Source: a virus | Lineage: Duplodnaviria > Caudoviricetes | Virus record (IMG/VR): IMGVR_UViG_3300045240_000043 | Span: 1 to 54,354 of that record | DNA length: 54,354 nucleotides | Strand: one strand, 5' to 3' | In this document: piece by piece, positions 23,325 to 33,035 of the stretch | How positions within the stretch are numbered: position 1 is the first letter of the stretch | Layout of the letters: each line of letters begins with the position of its first letter | The notes under the pieces: model-generated | What the model saw: the letters and a program-made list of their open reading frames with translations, nothing else | What the model was told of the DNA's origin: nothing | Databases searched by the model: none | Position numbers and translations under genes: made by a program

Positions 23325-24717
23325 TCAGCGCCCGCGGCTGTGGTCGGCTCCCGCGTCTGAGTCGTCGGAGGGGGACCGGGTCGCTGACCTGGCTAAGGCC
23401 GTCGGGCTCGACCTGGACGACTGGGAGCGGTGGGTCCTGGCGGAGGGCCTGGGCCGCGCCCGGGACGGGAAGTGGTCGGCGTTCGAGAAGGCGCTGATCG
23501 TGTCGCGGCAGAACGGGAAGGGCGCGATCCTGGAGGCGCTGGAGCTGGCGGCGCTGTTCCTCGACGATTTCGATGTTGAGCTGATCCTGCACAGCGCGCA
23601 TGAGTTCAAGACGGCGTCGGAGGCGTTCCGGCGGGTTCAGGGGCGGATCGACAGGCATCCGTCGTTCCGGCGGCGGGTGCGGCAGGTGTACCTGCAGCGG
23701 GGCGCGGAGTCGATTGAGCTGCGGAACGGGAAGCGGCTGCGGTTCATCGCGCGGACGTCCGGGTCCGGTAAGGGCTTCTCGGCGGATCTGGTGATCCTGG
23801 ACGAGGCGTTCGACCTGGGCGATCAGGAGATGGCGGCGCTGCTGCCGACGTTGTCGGCGCGGCCGAACCCGCAGGTCTGGTACACGTCGACGGCGGGGCT
23901 GCCGACGTCGGCTCAGCTGGGCCGGGTGCGTGAGCGGGGCCTGCGGTGTGACCCGTCACTGGCGTTTTTCGAGTGGTCGGTTGACCCGGATGCTTATGAT
24001 CCGGCGGATCTGGCGGACTGGGCTCGGGCGAACCCGGGGATGGGGATCCGGATCACGCCGGAGTACATCGCGAAGGAACGCGCGGCGCTGGCACCTGATG
24101 AGTTTGCGCGTGAGCGGCTGGGCGTGGGGTCGTACCCGGTGACGGGCGGCGGCTGGGCGGTGGTCCCGGAGGCGGCGTGGCTGCTGCTGGCGGACGCGGA
24201 GAGCCAGTTGCCGGAGGCCGCCCCGGTGGCATTCGCTGCGGATGCGACGGCGGGCCAGTCGCATGGCGCGATCGCGGCCGCGGGCATCCGGCCTGACGGG
24301 CGGCTGCACGCCGAGGTGATCGAGCACGACAAGGGCACGGCGTGGATCCCTGGGCGGCTGGCTGAGCTGAACGCCGCGTGGGGGCCGTCGGCGGTGGTGA
24401 TCGACCCGAAGCGCGGCGCGTCGTCGCGTATCGCGGCAGCGGAGAGCCTGGGCGTCGAGGTGACGCAGCCGACGGCGCGGGAGATGGCGCAGGCGTGCGG
24501 CGGTTTCTACGTGGCGGCGTGCGACTCGAAGCTGCTGGTGCACCTGGGCCAGGCGCCGCTTGATTTCGCGCTGGCGCGGGCGGTGAAGCGGGAGCTGGCG
24601 GATTCGTGGGCGTGGGACGCGCCGCGCGGGGTGGACATTTCCCCGCTGGTGGCCGTGACCCTGGCCGCGCGGGCTGCCGCCGCGGGCACGGCTCAATTCT
24701 TCGGATCCTGGCGTTAG
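23284..24717 (+). CDS. terL: Terminase large subunit
   Basis: VSRQNGKG (Walker A), LVILDEA (Walker B), WARANPG, DISPLVAVTLA. Confidence 0.95.
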   Translation: MTSTLAAPSVLLGDQRPRLWSAPASESSEGDRVADLAKAVGLDLDDWERWVLAEGLGRARDGKWSAFEKALIVSRQNGKGAILEALELAALFLDDFDVELILHSAHEFKTASEAFRRVQGRIDRHPSFRRRVRQVYLQRGAESIELRNGKRLRFIARTSGSGKGFSADLVILDEAFDLGDQEMAALLPTLSARPNPQVWYTSTAGLPTSAQLGRVRERGLRCDPSLAFFEWSVDPDAYDPADLADWARANPGMGIRITPEYIAKERAALAPDEFARERLGVGSYPVTGGGWAVVPEAAWLLLADAESQLPEAAPVAFAADATAGQSHGAIAAAGIRPDGRLHAEVIEHDKGTAWIPGRLAELNAAWGPSAVVIDPKRGASSRIAAAESLGVEVTQPTAREMAQACGGFYVAACDSKLLVHLGQAPLDFALARAVKRELADSWAWDAPRGVDISPLVAVTLAARAAAAGTAQFFGSWR

Positions 24718-24726
24718 GAGCACGCG

Positions 24727-24972
24727 ATGGCGGTGACCCTCCCGGGCCGGGTCCCGGTTGACGAGATCACGGCCCGCGCCCGCCAGGCACGCCCCGGCCG
24801 CGCCATCCTGACCGCCATCGCCGCGATCCTGTTCGCGCTCGGCTGGCTGGCCGCGAGGACGCTGACGGGCCTGTGGCTGGCGCTGGCGTGGTCCGGTACC
24901 GCGGTGAAGGTCGGATGGCAGGCCGGGCGCCCTCCCCGCGGAGGGGGCGCGGTGAGCCGTGGGGCTGCTTGA
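24727..24972 (+). CDS. Small membrane protein
   Basis: AGGAG RBS; hydrophobic segments. Confidence 0.7.
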   Translation: MAVTLPGRVPVDEITARARQARPGRAILTAIAAILFALGWLAARTLTGLWLALAWSGTAVKVGWQAGRPPRGGGAVSRGAA

Positions 24973-26677
24973 GCGGATCTCCGCGGCCCGCGGCGGCGGC
25001 GAGGAGCGGTCCTCGATAGACCAGTGGATCACCGAGTACCTGCTGCCCGCCGGGTCGGTGAACCAGTTCACGTTCGGCGGCCACGTGTACGGCATGGGCA
25101 ACCCGAACCTGACGTACGGGCAGTCGAAGGCGCGGGAGTTCACCAGCGACCTGCCGGGGCACACGGCGGCGGTGAAGGCGTGCCCGCCGGCGTTCGCCGC
25201 GGAGATGGTGCGGGCACTGGTCCTGAGCCAGGCGCGGTTCACGTTCCGGAACCGGGCATGGTCGAAGACGCCGCGGCGGACGTTCGGCACCCGTGACCTG
25301 GGCGTGCTGGAGCAGCCGTGGCCGAATGGCACCACCGGGGACCTGATCCGCAAGATGGAATGGCACGCGGGCCTCGCGGGGAACGCGTTCGTCACGAACT
25401 GGCAGCAGGCTAACCGGCTGCGGGTGCTGCGCCCCGACTGGACCGCGATCGTGTACGGGTCGCAGGCCGAGCCGGACGACCCGACCGGGGCACTCGACGG
25501 GGTAATCCTCGGCTACGTGTACCAGAACGGCGGGATGGCGCCCGGGAACCAGAACAAGATCGTGACGCTGCCGTTGTCGTCGGTGGCGCACTGGTCGCCG
25601 CTGCCGGATCCGCTGAACGCGGGGCTGGGGATGTCGTGGATCACCCCGGCTATCCGTGACATCCAGGGCGACATGCTCACCAGCCAGCACAAGGTGACGT
25701 ACTTCAGTAACGGGGCGACGCCGAACCTGGTTGTCAAGGGCATCCCGGCCGTCACCAAGGAGCAGTTCGACGGCATCGTCGACATGATCGACGACCGGCA
25801 CACCGGGATCGCGAACGCGTACAAGACCCTGTACCTGACTGCGGGCGCCGACGCGACCGTCGTGGGCTCGAACATGCAGGAACTTGACTTCCGCGGCGTC
25901 CAGGCGGGCGGCGAGACCCGGATCAGCTTCCTGTCGCGGGTCCCGGCGCCGCTGCTGGGCATCGGCGAGGGCCTGGCCGGGTCGTCGCTGAACGCGGGGA
26001 ACTTCGCGGCGTCGCGGCGCATGTTCGGCGACTCGTGGATCTTCCCGACGCTGCAGGATCTGGCGTCGACCCTGGCGCCGCTGGTGAACGTCCCCGTCGA
26101 TGCGGAGCTGTGGTTCGACACCGCGGACATGCCGATCCTGCGGGAGGACGCCCGGGACGCGGCGGACATCCAGCAGGTGAACGCGAACACGATCACGGCA
26201 CTGGTGAAGGACGGGTTCAGCCCGGAGTCGGCGATCGCGGCGGTGACGGCGCAGGACATGACGCAGCTGGTCCACACCGGGCTCGTGTCGGTGCAGCTGC
26301 AGCCGCCGCGGACGGAGTTGCAGAAGGCGCAGACGATCCAGCTGGAGGCCCTCGCGGCGGAGCTGCTGATCCGCGGCGGGTACACGACGGACTCGGCGCG
26401 GGACGCGGTGACGAGCCAGGACCTGACGAAACTTGAGCCGGGTCCGCTCACGTCCCGGTACCTGATCGTGAACCCGCTGGAGGCGGGCGCGGAGCCCGGG
26501 GTGCCGCTGGGGTTCCCGAACGCTGAGGCGCTCGGGCTGCCGGCGCCCGCCGGCTACCCGGGTGGCGAGCCGGCCGCCGTGCCGCCGGGCCAGGAGGCCG
26601 AGCCGCCCGACCCGGGCACTATCGCGGGGTTCTCCGCGGACGCGCAGGCGCAGGACGAACCGGCCGGAGGCATGTGA
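24959..26677 (+). CDS. Portal protein
   Basis: LAGNAF, LRPDW, YFSNGATP, RVPAPLLG; lies between terL and the protease. Confidence 0.93.
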   Translation: MGLLERISAARGGGEERSSIDQWITEYLLPAGSVNQFTFGGHVYGMGNPNLTYGQSKAREFTSDLPGHTAAVKACPPAFAAEMVRALVLSQARFTFRNRAWSKTPRRTFGTRDLGVLEQPWPNGTTGDLIRKMEWHAGLAGNAFVTNWQQANRLRVLRPDWTAIVYGSQAEPDDPTGALDGVILGYVYQNGGMAPGNQNKIVTLPLSSVAHWSPLPDPLNAGLGMSWITPAIRDIQGDMLTSQHKVTYFSNGATPNLVVKGIPAVTKEQFDGIVDMIDDRHTGIANAYKTLYLTAGADATVVGSNMQELDFRGVQAGGETRISFLSRVPAPLLGIGEGLAGSSLNAGNFAASRRMFGDSWIFPTLQDLASTLAPLVNVPVDAELWFDTADMPILREDARDAADIQQVNANTITALVKDGFSPESAIAAVTAQDMTQLVHTGLVSVQLQPPRTELQKAQTIQLEALAAELLIRGGYTTDSARDAVTSQDLTKLEPGPLTSRYLIVNPLEAGAEPGVPLGFPNAEALGLPAPAGYPGGEPAAVPPGQEAEPPDPGTIAGFSADAQAQDEPAGGM

Positions 26678-27648
26678 TGGCTGAACCTGAGGGGGTCACC
26701 TGGATGGACGGGTACCTGGCGGGCAGGTACGGCGACTCGCGGGCCGCTAACAAACCCTATGGTTCGGTTGAGTACGCCGATCCCAAGAACGGCAAGTACC
26801 CCATCGACACGAAGGCTCACGCCAAGGCCGCGCTCGCATATATCTCGATGCCGAAAAACGCGGCGAAGTATCCGCTGAACGGCGTCACGCTCTCCTCGGT
26901 GAAAGCCCGGATCAAGGCCGCGTGCAAGAAGTTCGGAGTCGATGTGAGCGAAGGTAACAGCGCCCCGGCCGGCGGCGAGTACCGCACCGTCCCGTTCAGC
27001 GTGGCAAACGTCGAGGCCAACGGCGACGGGCTCACGTTCGAGGGCTACGCCGCGGTGTACGACACCCCCACCCGGATCGCCGGGTGGGACGAGGACTTCG
27101 ACGAGCAGATCGCGATGGGCGCATTCCGTGCCGTCGCAGGCGGTGCCTATCCGGTGCTGATGTTCGAGCACGGCCGGCACCCGCTGATCGGCACGATGCC
27201 GCTGGGGAAGATCACCGATGCCCGCGAGGACGCGACCGGGCTGTGGATCGAGGCCAGGCTGACCGACAACTGGCTGATTCAGCCGGTGCGGGACGCGGTC
27301 GCCGCGCAGGCCCTCGACGGCATGTCGTTCCGGTTCACCGTCGACGGCGACGACGGCGAGGTCTGGATGGACCGCGCCGGTGACGTGCCCCTGCGGACCC
27401 TCACGTCGGTGAGCGTCCCCGAGCTCGGCCCGGTGGTTTTCCCGGCGTACGAGCCGACGACCGCCAGCGTGCGGTCGGTACTAGACAAGCTTCCGGTCAT
27501 CGGGCGGCCCCCGGCAGGTGCCAGGGCGGCGAGCGGCCGGGGAGACGTGACGCCGGGAGACGGCGCCATGTCGCGACCCCTATCCGAGCGGTTCCGCCGC
27601 GACGGCGAGGCCCTGGCCTTGCGCGGCATCGAGAAAGTGAAGATCTGA
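26674..27648 (+). CDS. HK97-family prohead protease with an N-terminal extra domain
   Basis: FEGYAAVY, MFEHG, GMSFRF, ELGPVVFPAY; N-terminal YADP...KYPIDT domain. Confidence 0.92.
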   Translation: MMAEPEGVTWMDGYLAGRYGDSRAANKPYGSVEYADPKNGKYPIDTKAHAKAALAYISMPKNAAKYPLNGVTLSSVKARIKAACKKFGVDVSEGNSAPAGGEYRTVPFSVANVEANGDGLTFEGYAAVYDTPTRIAGWDEDFDEQIAMGAFRAVAGGAYPVLMFEHGRHPLIGTMPLGKITDAREDATGLWIEARLTDNWLIQPVRDAVAAQALDGMSFRFTVDGDDGEVWMDRAGDVPLRTLTSVSVPELGPVVFPAYEPTTASVRSVLDKLPVIGRPPAGARAASGRGDVTPGDGAMSRPLSERFRRDGEALALRGIEKVKI

Positions 27649-27649
27649 C

Positions 27650-29173
27650 ATGCCCGATGACACTGGCACCACCGATACCCTGGAGATCCTGCCCGAGCTG
27701 CGCGGCAAGGACGCGGGCGACATCACCGCCGCGGGCGGCTACCCGGAGGAGCTCCGCGGCAAGACCCCCGCCGAGCTGGCCACGTTCGTCGACGTCCTCG
27801 ACGCGCACCTGCGGTCCATCCACCAGGACGACAGCGGCGAGCTCCGCGACAAGACCCCTGCCGAGCAGAAGGCGTTCGCGTACGGGCTGAAGCTCCGCGA
27901 CCTGGCGATCACCCGTATCGAGGAAGACCGCGCCATCAAGGACGTGTTCAAGCGCAGGCCGCAGGCCGTCCAGGTTGCGATCGCGTCGGCCGCGTTCGAC
28001 GCGTCCGATGACCCGTTCGGCGCCGTGCGGCGCATGTCGGTCCCGGAGGCCCGCGACCACGCGCTGCGGGTCCTGGATGACCGGAACACCTCGGCGCACC
28101 TGCGTTCCGACCAGAAGGACGAGATCGAGAAGCAGGTCCGCAAGAGCACTGACATAGCCCGCCGGGTCCTCGTCACTGAGAACGAGGATTACCGCACCGC
28201 GTGGATGAAGATGGTCACCCAGCCGCAGCCGGTCCTGACGGAGCGGGAGAACACCGCCATCCAGGCGTACATGGAATACCGGGCCATGTCGGAAGGCACC
28301 ACGACCGCCGGCGGGTTCGGCATCCCGGTGTTCATCGACCCGTCGATCATCCTCACCGCGCAGGGAACGGACAACCCGTTCCTCGACCTGGCCCGCCAGG
28401 TGGACGTGAACACGAACCAGTGGAAGGGCGTCTCCTCCGCCGGTGTCACGTGGCACTTCAACTACGCTGAAGGTTCCACGGTCAGCGACGACTCGCCGAC
28501 GCTGGCGCAGCCCACCGTGCCCATCAACATGGCCCGCGGTTTCCTGCCCTACAGCATTGAGCTGGGCCAGGACTACCCGGACTTCGCGAACGAGATGGCG
28601 ACCCTTCTGTCCGCCGGGTACGACGAGCTGCTGGTAGACAAGTTCACCCGCGGCGCCGGGCAGAGCAACCTGGAGCCCAACGGCATCCTGACGGCCCTGT
28701 CAGCCAACACGAACGTCCGCGTGGCGCTCACCACGGCCGGGACGGTCGGCGCACCGGACCCGTACAAGGTGTGGCAGGCGCTCCCGCAGCGGTTCCGCCG
28801 CAACGCCTCCTGGCTGATGTCGGTGGCGACCAACGACGCCGTCCGGCAGCTCGGCACCGCGAACGTGTACCACGCGTTCACCGTCAACCTGCCCGAGGCG
28901 TGGGCAGACACCCTGTTCCGGCGCCCGGTGCGCGAGTCGCCGTACATGCCGGACAACACCACGAACACCACGGCCACGATCGGCATCGCAGTCGTAGGCG
29001 ATTTCTCCAACTATCTCATCGCACGTAGAGGGGGTATGTCCGTAGAGCTCGTGCCCATGCTGTTCGACATCACGTCCAACAGGCCAACGGGGCAGCGCGG
29101 CTGGTTTGCGTATTCCCGTATTGGAGGTGGGAGTGTGAACGACCTGGGCTTCAGGCTTCTCACAAATTTGTGA
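27650..29173 (+). CDS. Major capsid protein (HK97 fold)
   Basis: AGGFGIP, AEG, EPNGIL, VVGDFSNY, RGWFAYSRIGG. Confidence 0.93.
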   Translation: MPDDTGTTDTLEILPELRGKDAGDITAAGGYPEELRGKTPAELATFVDVLDAHLRSIHQDDSGELRDKTPAEQKAFAYGLKLRDLAITRIEEDRAIKDVFKRRPQAVQVAIASAAFDASDDPFGAVRRMSVPEARDHALRVLDDRNTSAHLRSDQKDEIEKQVRKSTDIARRVLVTENEDYRTAWMKMVTQPQPVLTERENTAIQAYMEYRAMSEGTTTAGGFGIPVFIDPSIILTAQGTDNPFLDLARQVDVNTNQWKGVSSAGVTWHFNYAEGSTVSDDSPTLAQPTVPINMARGFLPYSIELGQDYPDFANEMATLLSAGYDELLVDKFTRGAGQSNLEPNGILTALSANTNVRVALTTAGTVGAPDPYKVWQALPQRFRRNASWLMSVATNDAVRQLGTANVYHAFTVNLPEAWADTLFRRPVRESPYMPDNTTNTTATIGIAVVGDFSNYLIARRGGMSVELVPMLFDITSNRPTGQRGWFAYSRIGGGSVNDLGFRLLTNL

Positions 29174-29209
29174 GACATTCGCTACAAGCTAATCTGCTAG
29201 ACTGTTCGT

Positions 29210-29995
29210 ATGGTCAAGCAGATCTGCCTGACGTGCGGGGTACTCTTCACGCCCCGCACGTCAGGCGGGAAACCCCAGGTCAGATGTTCGGAGAAGTGCC
29301 GCCGCAAGGTGGCCAACGCGAACTTCATCAAGAAGAACGCCCCGGCCAGGGTCACGGAATGCGCGGAATGCGGCGGCCCGGTCGTCCAGGCTGAGCTGGG
29401 GCGCCCGCGCCGGTTCTGCTCGGATAAGTGCAAGGCAAGGACTACGAACCGGGCACAGAACCGCACCACTCTGCCCGCGCCGAAAGCGGCAGCCCGCGCC
29501 TGTGAATATTGCGGGCAGATGTTCCTGCCCAGTCGCCGGGACGTCCGTTATTGCCCTGGTTCCTGGTGTGGCCAGAAGGCGTATAAGGAACGTAAGCGCG
29601 CGGGTGCCCCGGTGCTCATAGGGGAACGCGCCGTCCGCTGCGATGAGTGCGGCAGCGAGTTCACGGCTAAGCACCCAAACGCTCGCTGGTGCTCTCCCCG
29701 GTGCCAGGTGCGGCACAGGAGCCGGGAGTCAAGCAGGCGCCGTGGCAGCGCGGACGGCGCGGTGGCGTATACCGACCGGGAGATTTTCGAGCGCGACGGC
29801 TGGCGCTGCTACCTGTGCGGAAAGCCAGTGGACCGCACGGTTCCCCGCACCGACCCGCTCGGCGCGACCATCGATCACATCGTGCCGCGTTCGCGTGGTG
29901 GCCCCGATGCGCCTGACAACGTGGCGACGGCGCACTGGCGGTGCAACCGCCAGAAACGGGATCGGCCCGCCGATTACCAGCTACGGCTAGGCTAG
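29210..29995 (+). CDS. HNH endonuclease with N-terminal Zn-ribbon repeats
   Basis: IFERDGWRCYLCG...TIDHIVPRSRGG...AHWRCNRQK; TAGACT -10 box just before a leaderless ATG. Confidence 0.9.
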   Translation: MVKQICLTCGVLFTPRTSGGKPQVRCSEKCRRKVANANFIKKNAPARVTECAECGGPVVQAELGRPRRFCSDKCKARTTNRAQNRTTLPAPKAAARACEYCGQMFLPSRRDVRYCPGSWCGQKAYKERKRAGAPVLIGERAVRCDECGSEFTAKHPNARWCSPRCQVRHRSRESSRRRGSADGAVAYTDREIFERDGWRCYLCGKPVDRTVPRTDPLGATIDHIVPRSRGGPDAPDNVATAHWRCNRQKRDRPADYQLRLG

Positions 29996-30166
29996 ATCGG
30001 GCTCCTGGCTGTCGTCCCAGCGGCCGAACCGCTCGGCTGGGTAGACGATGAACGCAACGTCGGCAGGTGTCATACCGAGCGTGCGGGCGATGTGCTTGAC
30101 GGGTGACGGGTCGCCGTCTGATAGCAGGCCCCAGACGCGCCAGACGTTGCGCTCGATGCTGGTCAT
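29987..30166 (-). CDS. Small HTH-like protein
   Basis: SPVKHIARTLGMTPADV; ATGA-coupled to the RHH gene. Confidence 0.55.
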   Translation of the reverse strand: MTSIERNVWRVWGLLSDGDPSPVKHIARTLGMTPADVAFIVYPAERFGRWDDSQEPDLA

Positions 30167-30309
30167 GAGGCGTACCGCCTCAGCCACTCGGTGACTGCAT
30201 CTACGACGATCGAGTTCATGGATGCCCCGCGCTCGCGCTCGAAGGCGGTCTGGCGCAGTTTCTCGTAGATGTCGCGCGGGAGCCGGAAGGTAACTGCCTG
30301 AGTTTCCAT
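30163..30309 (-). CDS. Ribbon-helix-helix (Arc-like) regulator
   Basis: AVTFRLPRDIYEKLR...SMNSIVVDAVTEWL; TATCAT 6 nt upstream of the ATG. Confidence 0.8.
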   Translation of the reverse strand: METQAVTFRLPRDIYEKLRQTAFERERGASMNSIVVDAVTEWLRRYAS

Positions 30310-30360
30310 GTAACCATGATACCACGGTTGCACTCCCGCACCGCATGAGAGGGATACCTG

Positions 30361-30627
30361 ATGGCTGACGACGTTAAGAAGTCCGAGAGGTCCGTGGAGG
30401 CCGCGTCCGCCGCGCCCGGCGAGAAGCGCTCGGCCGGCCGGCCGCTGGCGAAGGCGTCCGAGGCGGGTGACCCGGCGGTGCAGAAACTGCTGGCCGACAA
30501 GTGGACCGCGCAGCAGTGGGCGGCGCAGCACAAGGACACGGCGGACAGGTCGGCCGCGGAGCGGAAGGGCCATGAGGATCAGGTCGCCGCGCTGGACGCG
30601 GAGCTGGCGGAGCTGGGGTTCGAGTGA
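30361..30627 (+). CDS. Hypothetical virion-region protein
   Basis: VEAASAAPGEKR motif; RBS present. Confidence 0.7.
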   Translation: MADDVKKSERSVEAASAAPGEKRSAGRPLAKASEAGDPAVQKLLADKWTAQQWAAQHKDTADRSAAERKGHEDQVAALDAELAELGFE

Positions 30628-30899
30628 TGGACCTGGATCACGTGTTCGCGAAGGCGACGACGACCGCGAATGAGCTGGGGTCGCCGGTGATGGTGCAGGG
30701 GGGTTCGCACTGGCTGGCGGATGACCCGCTGGTGCTGGCCCGGCCGGACTTGTTCACGGCGGATTGCCGGTACGGGCTGGCGTGGTCGGGTGAGCCGCCG
30801 GGGTGCCTGCTGATCCCGCCAGGGCAGGAGGATCCGGTGATGACGGCGAGGGTGCGGTCCCGGTCGCAGGCTGAGCGCGCCCGCGCGGGGCGCATGTGA
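30624..30899 (+). CDS. Hypothetical virion-region protein
   Basis: WLADDPLVLARPDLF; coupled. Confidence 0.7.
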   Translation: MMDLDHVFAKATTTANELGSPVMVQGGSHWLADDPLVLARPDLFTADCRYGLAWSGEPPGCLLIPPGQEDPVMTARVRSRSQAERARAGRM

Positions 30900-31819
30900 C
30901 CCAGCCGCAGGATTCCCCGCCCGCCGGCGACGCGGTGACTGTCGCCTACGTGCACTCTGATCAGGTCGCGTACTCGTGGCATCACTCGATGGTGGAGATG
31001 ATCGGCTACGACATGGCGCGGGAGGGCCGGATCATCCGCGGCGGCTACATCGCGATGCGGTGCGGCGCGACCGGGCTGGTGCAGGCCCGCAACGACACGG
31101 TGACCGAGTTCCTGTCGTCGCGTGACGCGGACTGGCTGCTGTGGATCGACACGGACATGGGTTTCCCCGCGGACATGTGCGAGCGGCTGCTGGACGCCGC
31201 GGACCCGGCGGAGCGTCCCATCGTCGGCGCGCTGTGCTTCTCGCAGCGGGAGACCGAGGCGGACGGCATGGGCGGCTGGCGCTGCCGGGCGGTCCCGACC
31301 GTGTTCGACTGGGCGCGGCTGGACGACGGCCAGGAAGGGTTCGCGGTCAGGTGGGATTACCCGCATGACGCGGTGACCCGCTGCGCCGGAACCGGGTCGG
31401 CGGCGATCCTGATCCACCGCAGCGCGTTCGCGCGGATCGCGGCGAAGTACGGGGCGTCCTGGTATGAGATGACGCCTAACCCGTCGACGGGCCAGCTGAT
31501 CGGCGAGGACCTGTCGTTCTGCGCCCGCGCCGGGGCGCTCGGCATCCCGGTGCACGTGCACACGGGCGTGGCGTGCTCGCACATGAAGCGGCTGTGGCTG
31601 GGCGAGGATGACTATCACCGGGAGCGGCTGACGGACCCGCCGGGCCTGCTGCGCGGCGGCACGTCGTCGGTGCTGTTCGGGAAGCCGATCGAGCTGAAGG
31701 CGTCGTGGCCGGACGGGCCGCCGGACGGGATGAGCGCGGAGGACCTGGCGGCGGCGGCGGACGGCATGGACGCGGAGCGCGGCCGTATCCCGGCGGAACG
31801 GGTGAGCGAGCCCGCATGA
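30896..31819 (+). CDS. GT-A fold glycosyltransferase (GT2-like)
   Basis: ARNDTV, LLWIDTD (DxD), IVGALCF, GEDLSFC. Confidence 0.88.
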   Translation: MTQPQDSPPAGDAVTVAYVHSDQVAYSWHHSMVEMIGYDMAREGRIIRGGYIAMRCGATGLVQARNDTVTEFLSSRDADWLLWIDTDMGFPADMCERLLDAADPAERPIVGALCFSQRETEADGMGGWRCRAVPTVFDWARLDDGQEGFAVRWDYPHDAVTRCAGTGSAAILIHRSAFARIAAKYGASWYEMTPNPSTGQLIGEDLSFCARAGALGIPVHVHTGVACSHMKRLWLGEDDYHRERLTDPPGLLRGGTSSVLFGKPIELKASWPDGPPDGMSAEDLAAAADGMDAERGRIPAERVSEPA

Positions 31820-32388
31820 CCGGGCTGCGGCTCAACCTCGGCTGCGGCCGGGACATCCGCGAAGGCTGGGTCAACATCGACTGCGCCCCGCTGCCCGGCG
31901 TTGATCACGTCTGCGACTTCGACGCGAAGCCGGTGCTGCCGTTCGATGACGACGCCGTGGCGCTGTCGGAGGGCTCACACGTCATCGAGCACCTGTCCGA
32001 TCCGCTGTCGTTCATGCAGGAGCTGTGGCGCGTCACCGCGCCCGGCGGCACGGTGACGTTCCGCTGCCCGTACGGGTCCACTGACGACGCTGATGAGGAC
32101 CCGACGCACGTGCGCCGAATGCTCGCCGGGTCGTGGGGCTACTTCGGCCAGCCGCACTACTGGCGCGCTGACTACGGCTACCGGGGCGACTGGCAGCCGG
32201 CGAAGATCACGCTGGCGGTTTTCCCGGAACTCGCCGCATGCACCGACCGGGAGCTGGAGTCGATGATCCGGTTCCAGCGGAACGTGGTCGCCGAGATGAC
32301 AGCGGAACTGCGGTGCGTTAAGCCCCGCCGGGAACCGCGCCGGGAACTGCAGGAACCGTACGAGCTGACACTGCTGAGGATGGCCTGA
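31816..32388 (+). CDS. Class I SAM-dependent methyltransferase
   Basis: LNLGCG, GWVNID, SHVIEHL, ELWRVTAPGG, DPTHVR. Confidence 0.9.
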   Translation: MTGLRLNLGCGRDIREGWVNIDCAPLPGVDHVCDFDAKPVLPFDDDAVALSEGSHVIEHLSDPLSFMQELWRVTAPGGTVTFRCPYGSTDDADEDPTHVRRMLAGSWGYFGQPHYWRADYGYRGDWQPAKITLAVFPELAACTDRELESMIRFQRNVVAEMTAELRCVKPRREPRRELQEPYELTLLRMA

Positions 32389-32727
32389 ATGGCGACTACC
32401 GCGCCCGGCTCGAAGCTCTGGGACACCTACGCGCCGCTGACGGTGGCGGCCTCGCCGCTGGTGACGGACTGGCTGGACACGGACGGTTTCACGAACATCG
32501 TCCTGGCCTACGTGTTCACCAACTCCACGGGGACGACGGTGATGACCATCGAGGGCAGCGCCGACGCGGAGACCATGGACGTGACGCATGCGTACGCGGC
32601 GCTGGCCGCGTCGCCGCAGACGGCGCTGGTGGTCCCGGTGATGCACGATTTCGTCCGGTTCCGGCTCGTGCAGGCGACCGCGGACGCGACGGTGACGTCG
32701 GTGTTCGCGCAGGCGTCAAGATCCTGA
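32389..32727 (+). CDS. Putative virion structural protein
   Basis: Beta-rich; FVRFRLV; in the late operon. Confidence 0.65.
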   Translation: MATTAPGSKLWDTYAPLTVAASPLVTDWLDTDGFTNIVLAYVFTNSTGTTVMTIEGSADAETMDVTHAYAALAASPQTALVVPVMHDFVRFRLVQATADATVTSVFAQASRS

Positions 32728-32840
32728 CCTGGCTGGCCGACTCGCAGGTAAGGGCAGGTAGCCGGTAGCAACCCGGCTCGATGGGTTTGGACGCGGACGC
32801 GGGTGGTCCCGCCTGCCGCCAGCAATCAGGAGGAGCCGGG

Positions 32841-33035
32841 ATGCACCTGCTGCGGCTAGACGCGCCCCCGGAGCCCGCGTGGGAGCCGGATCACGGCTGG
32901 CGGGTGCTGGACGCGGACGGCCACGTGGTGAACGCGGGCGGCCGGACGATTATTCACGTGACGCTGGATCTCGGGCAGCTGCTCGGGGTCGACGAGGATC
33001 AGGTGCCGTTGCTTGACGGCAGCAGGGAGCAGTAG
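32841..33035 (+). CDS. Hypothetical protein
   Basis: AGGAGGAG RBS. Confidence 0.6.
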   Translation: MHLLRLDAPPEPAWEPDHGWRVLDADGHVVNAGGRTIIHVTLDLGQLLGVDEDQVPLLDGSREQ

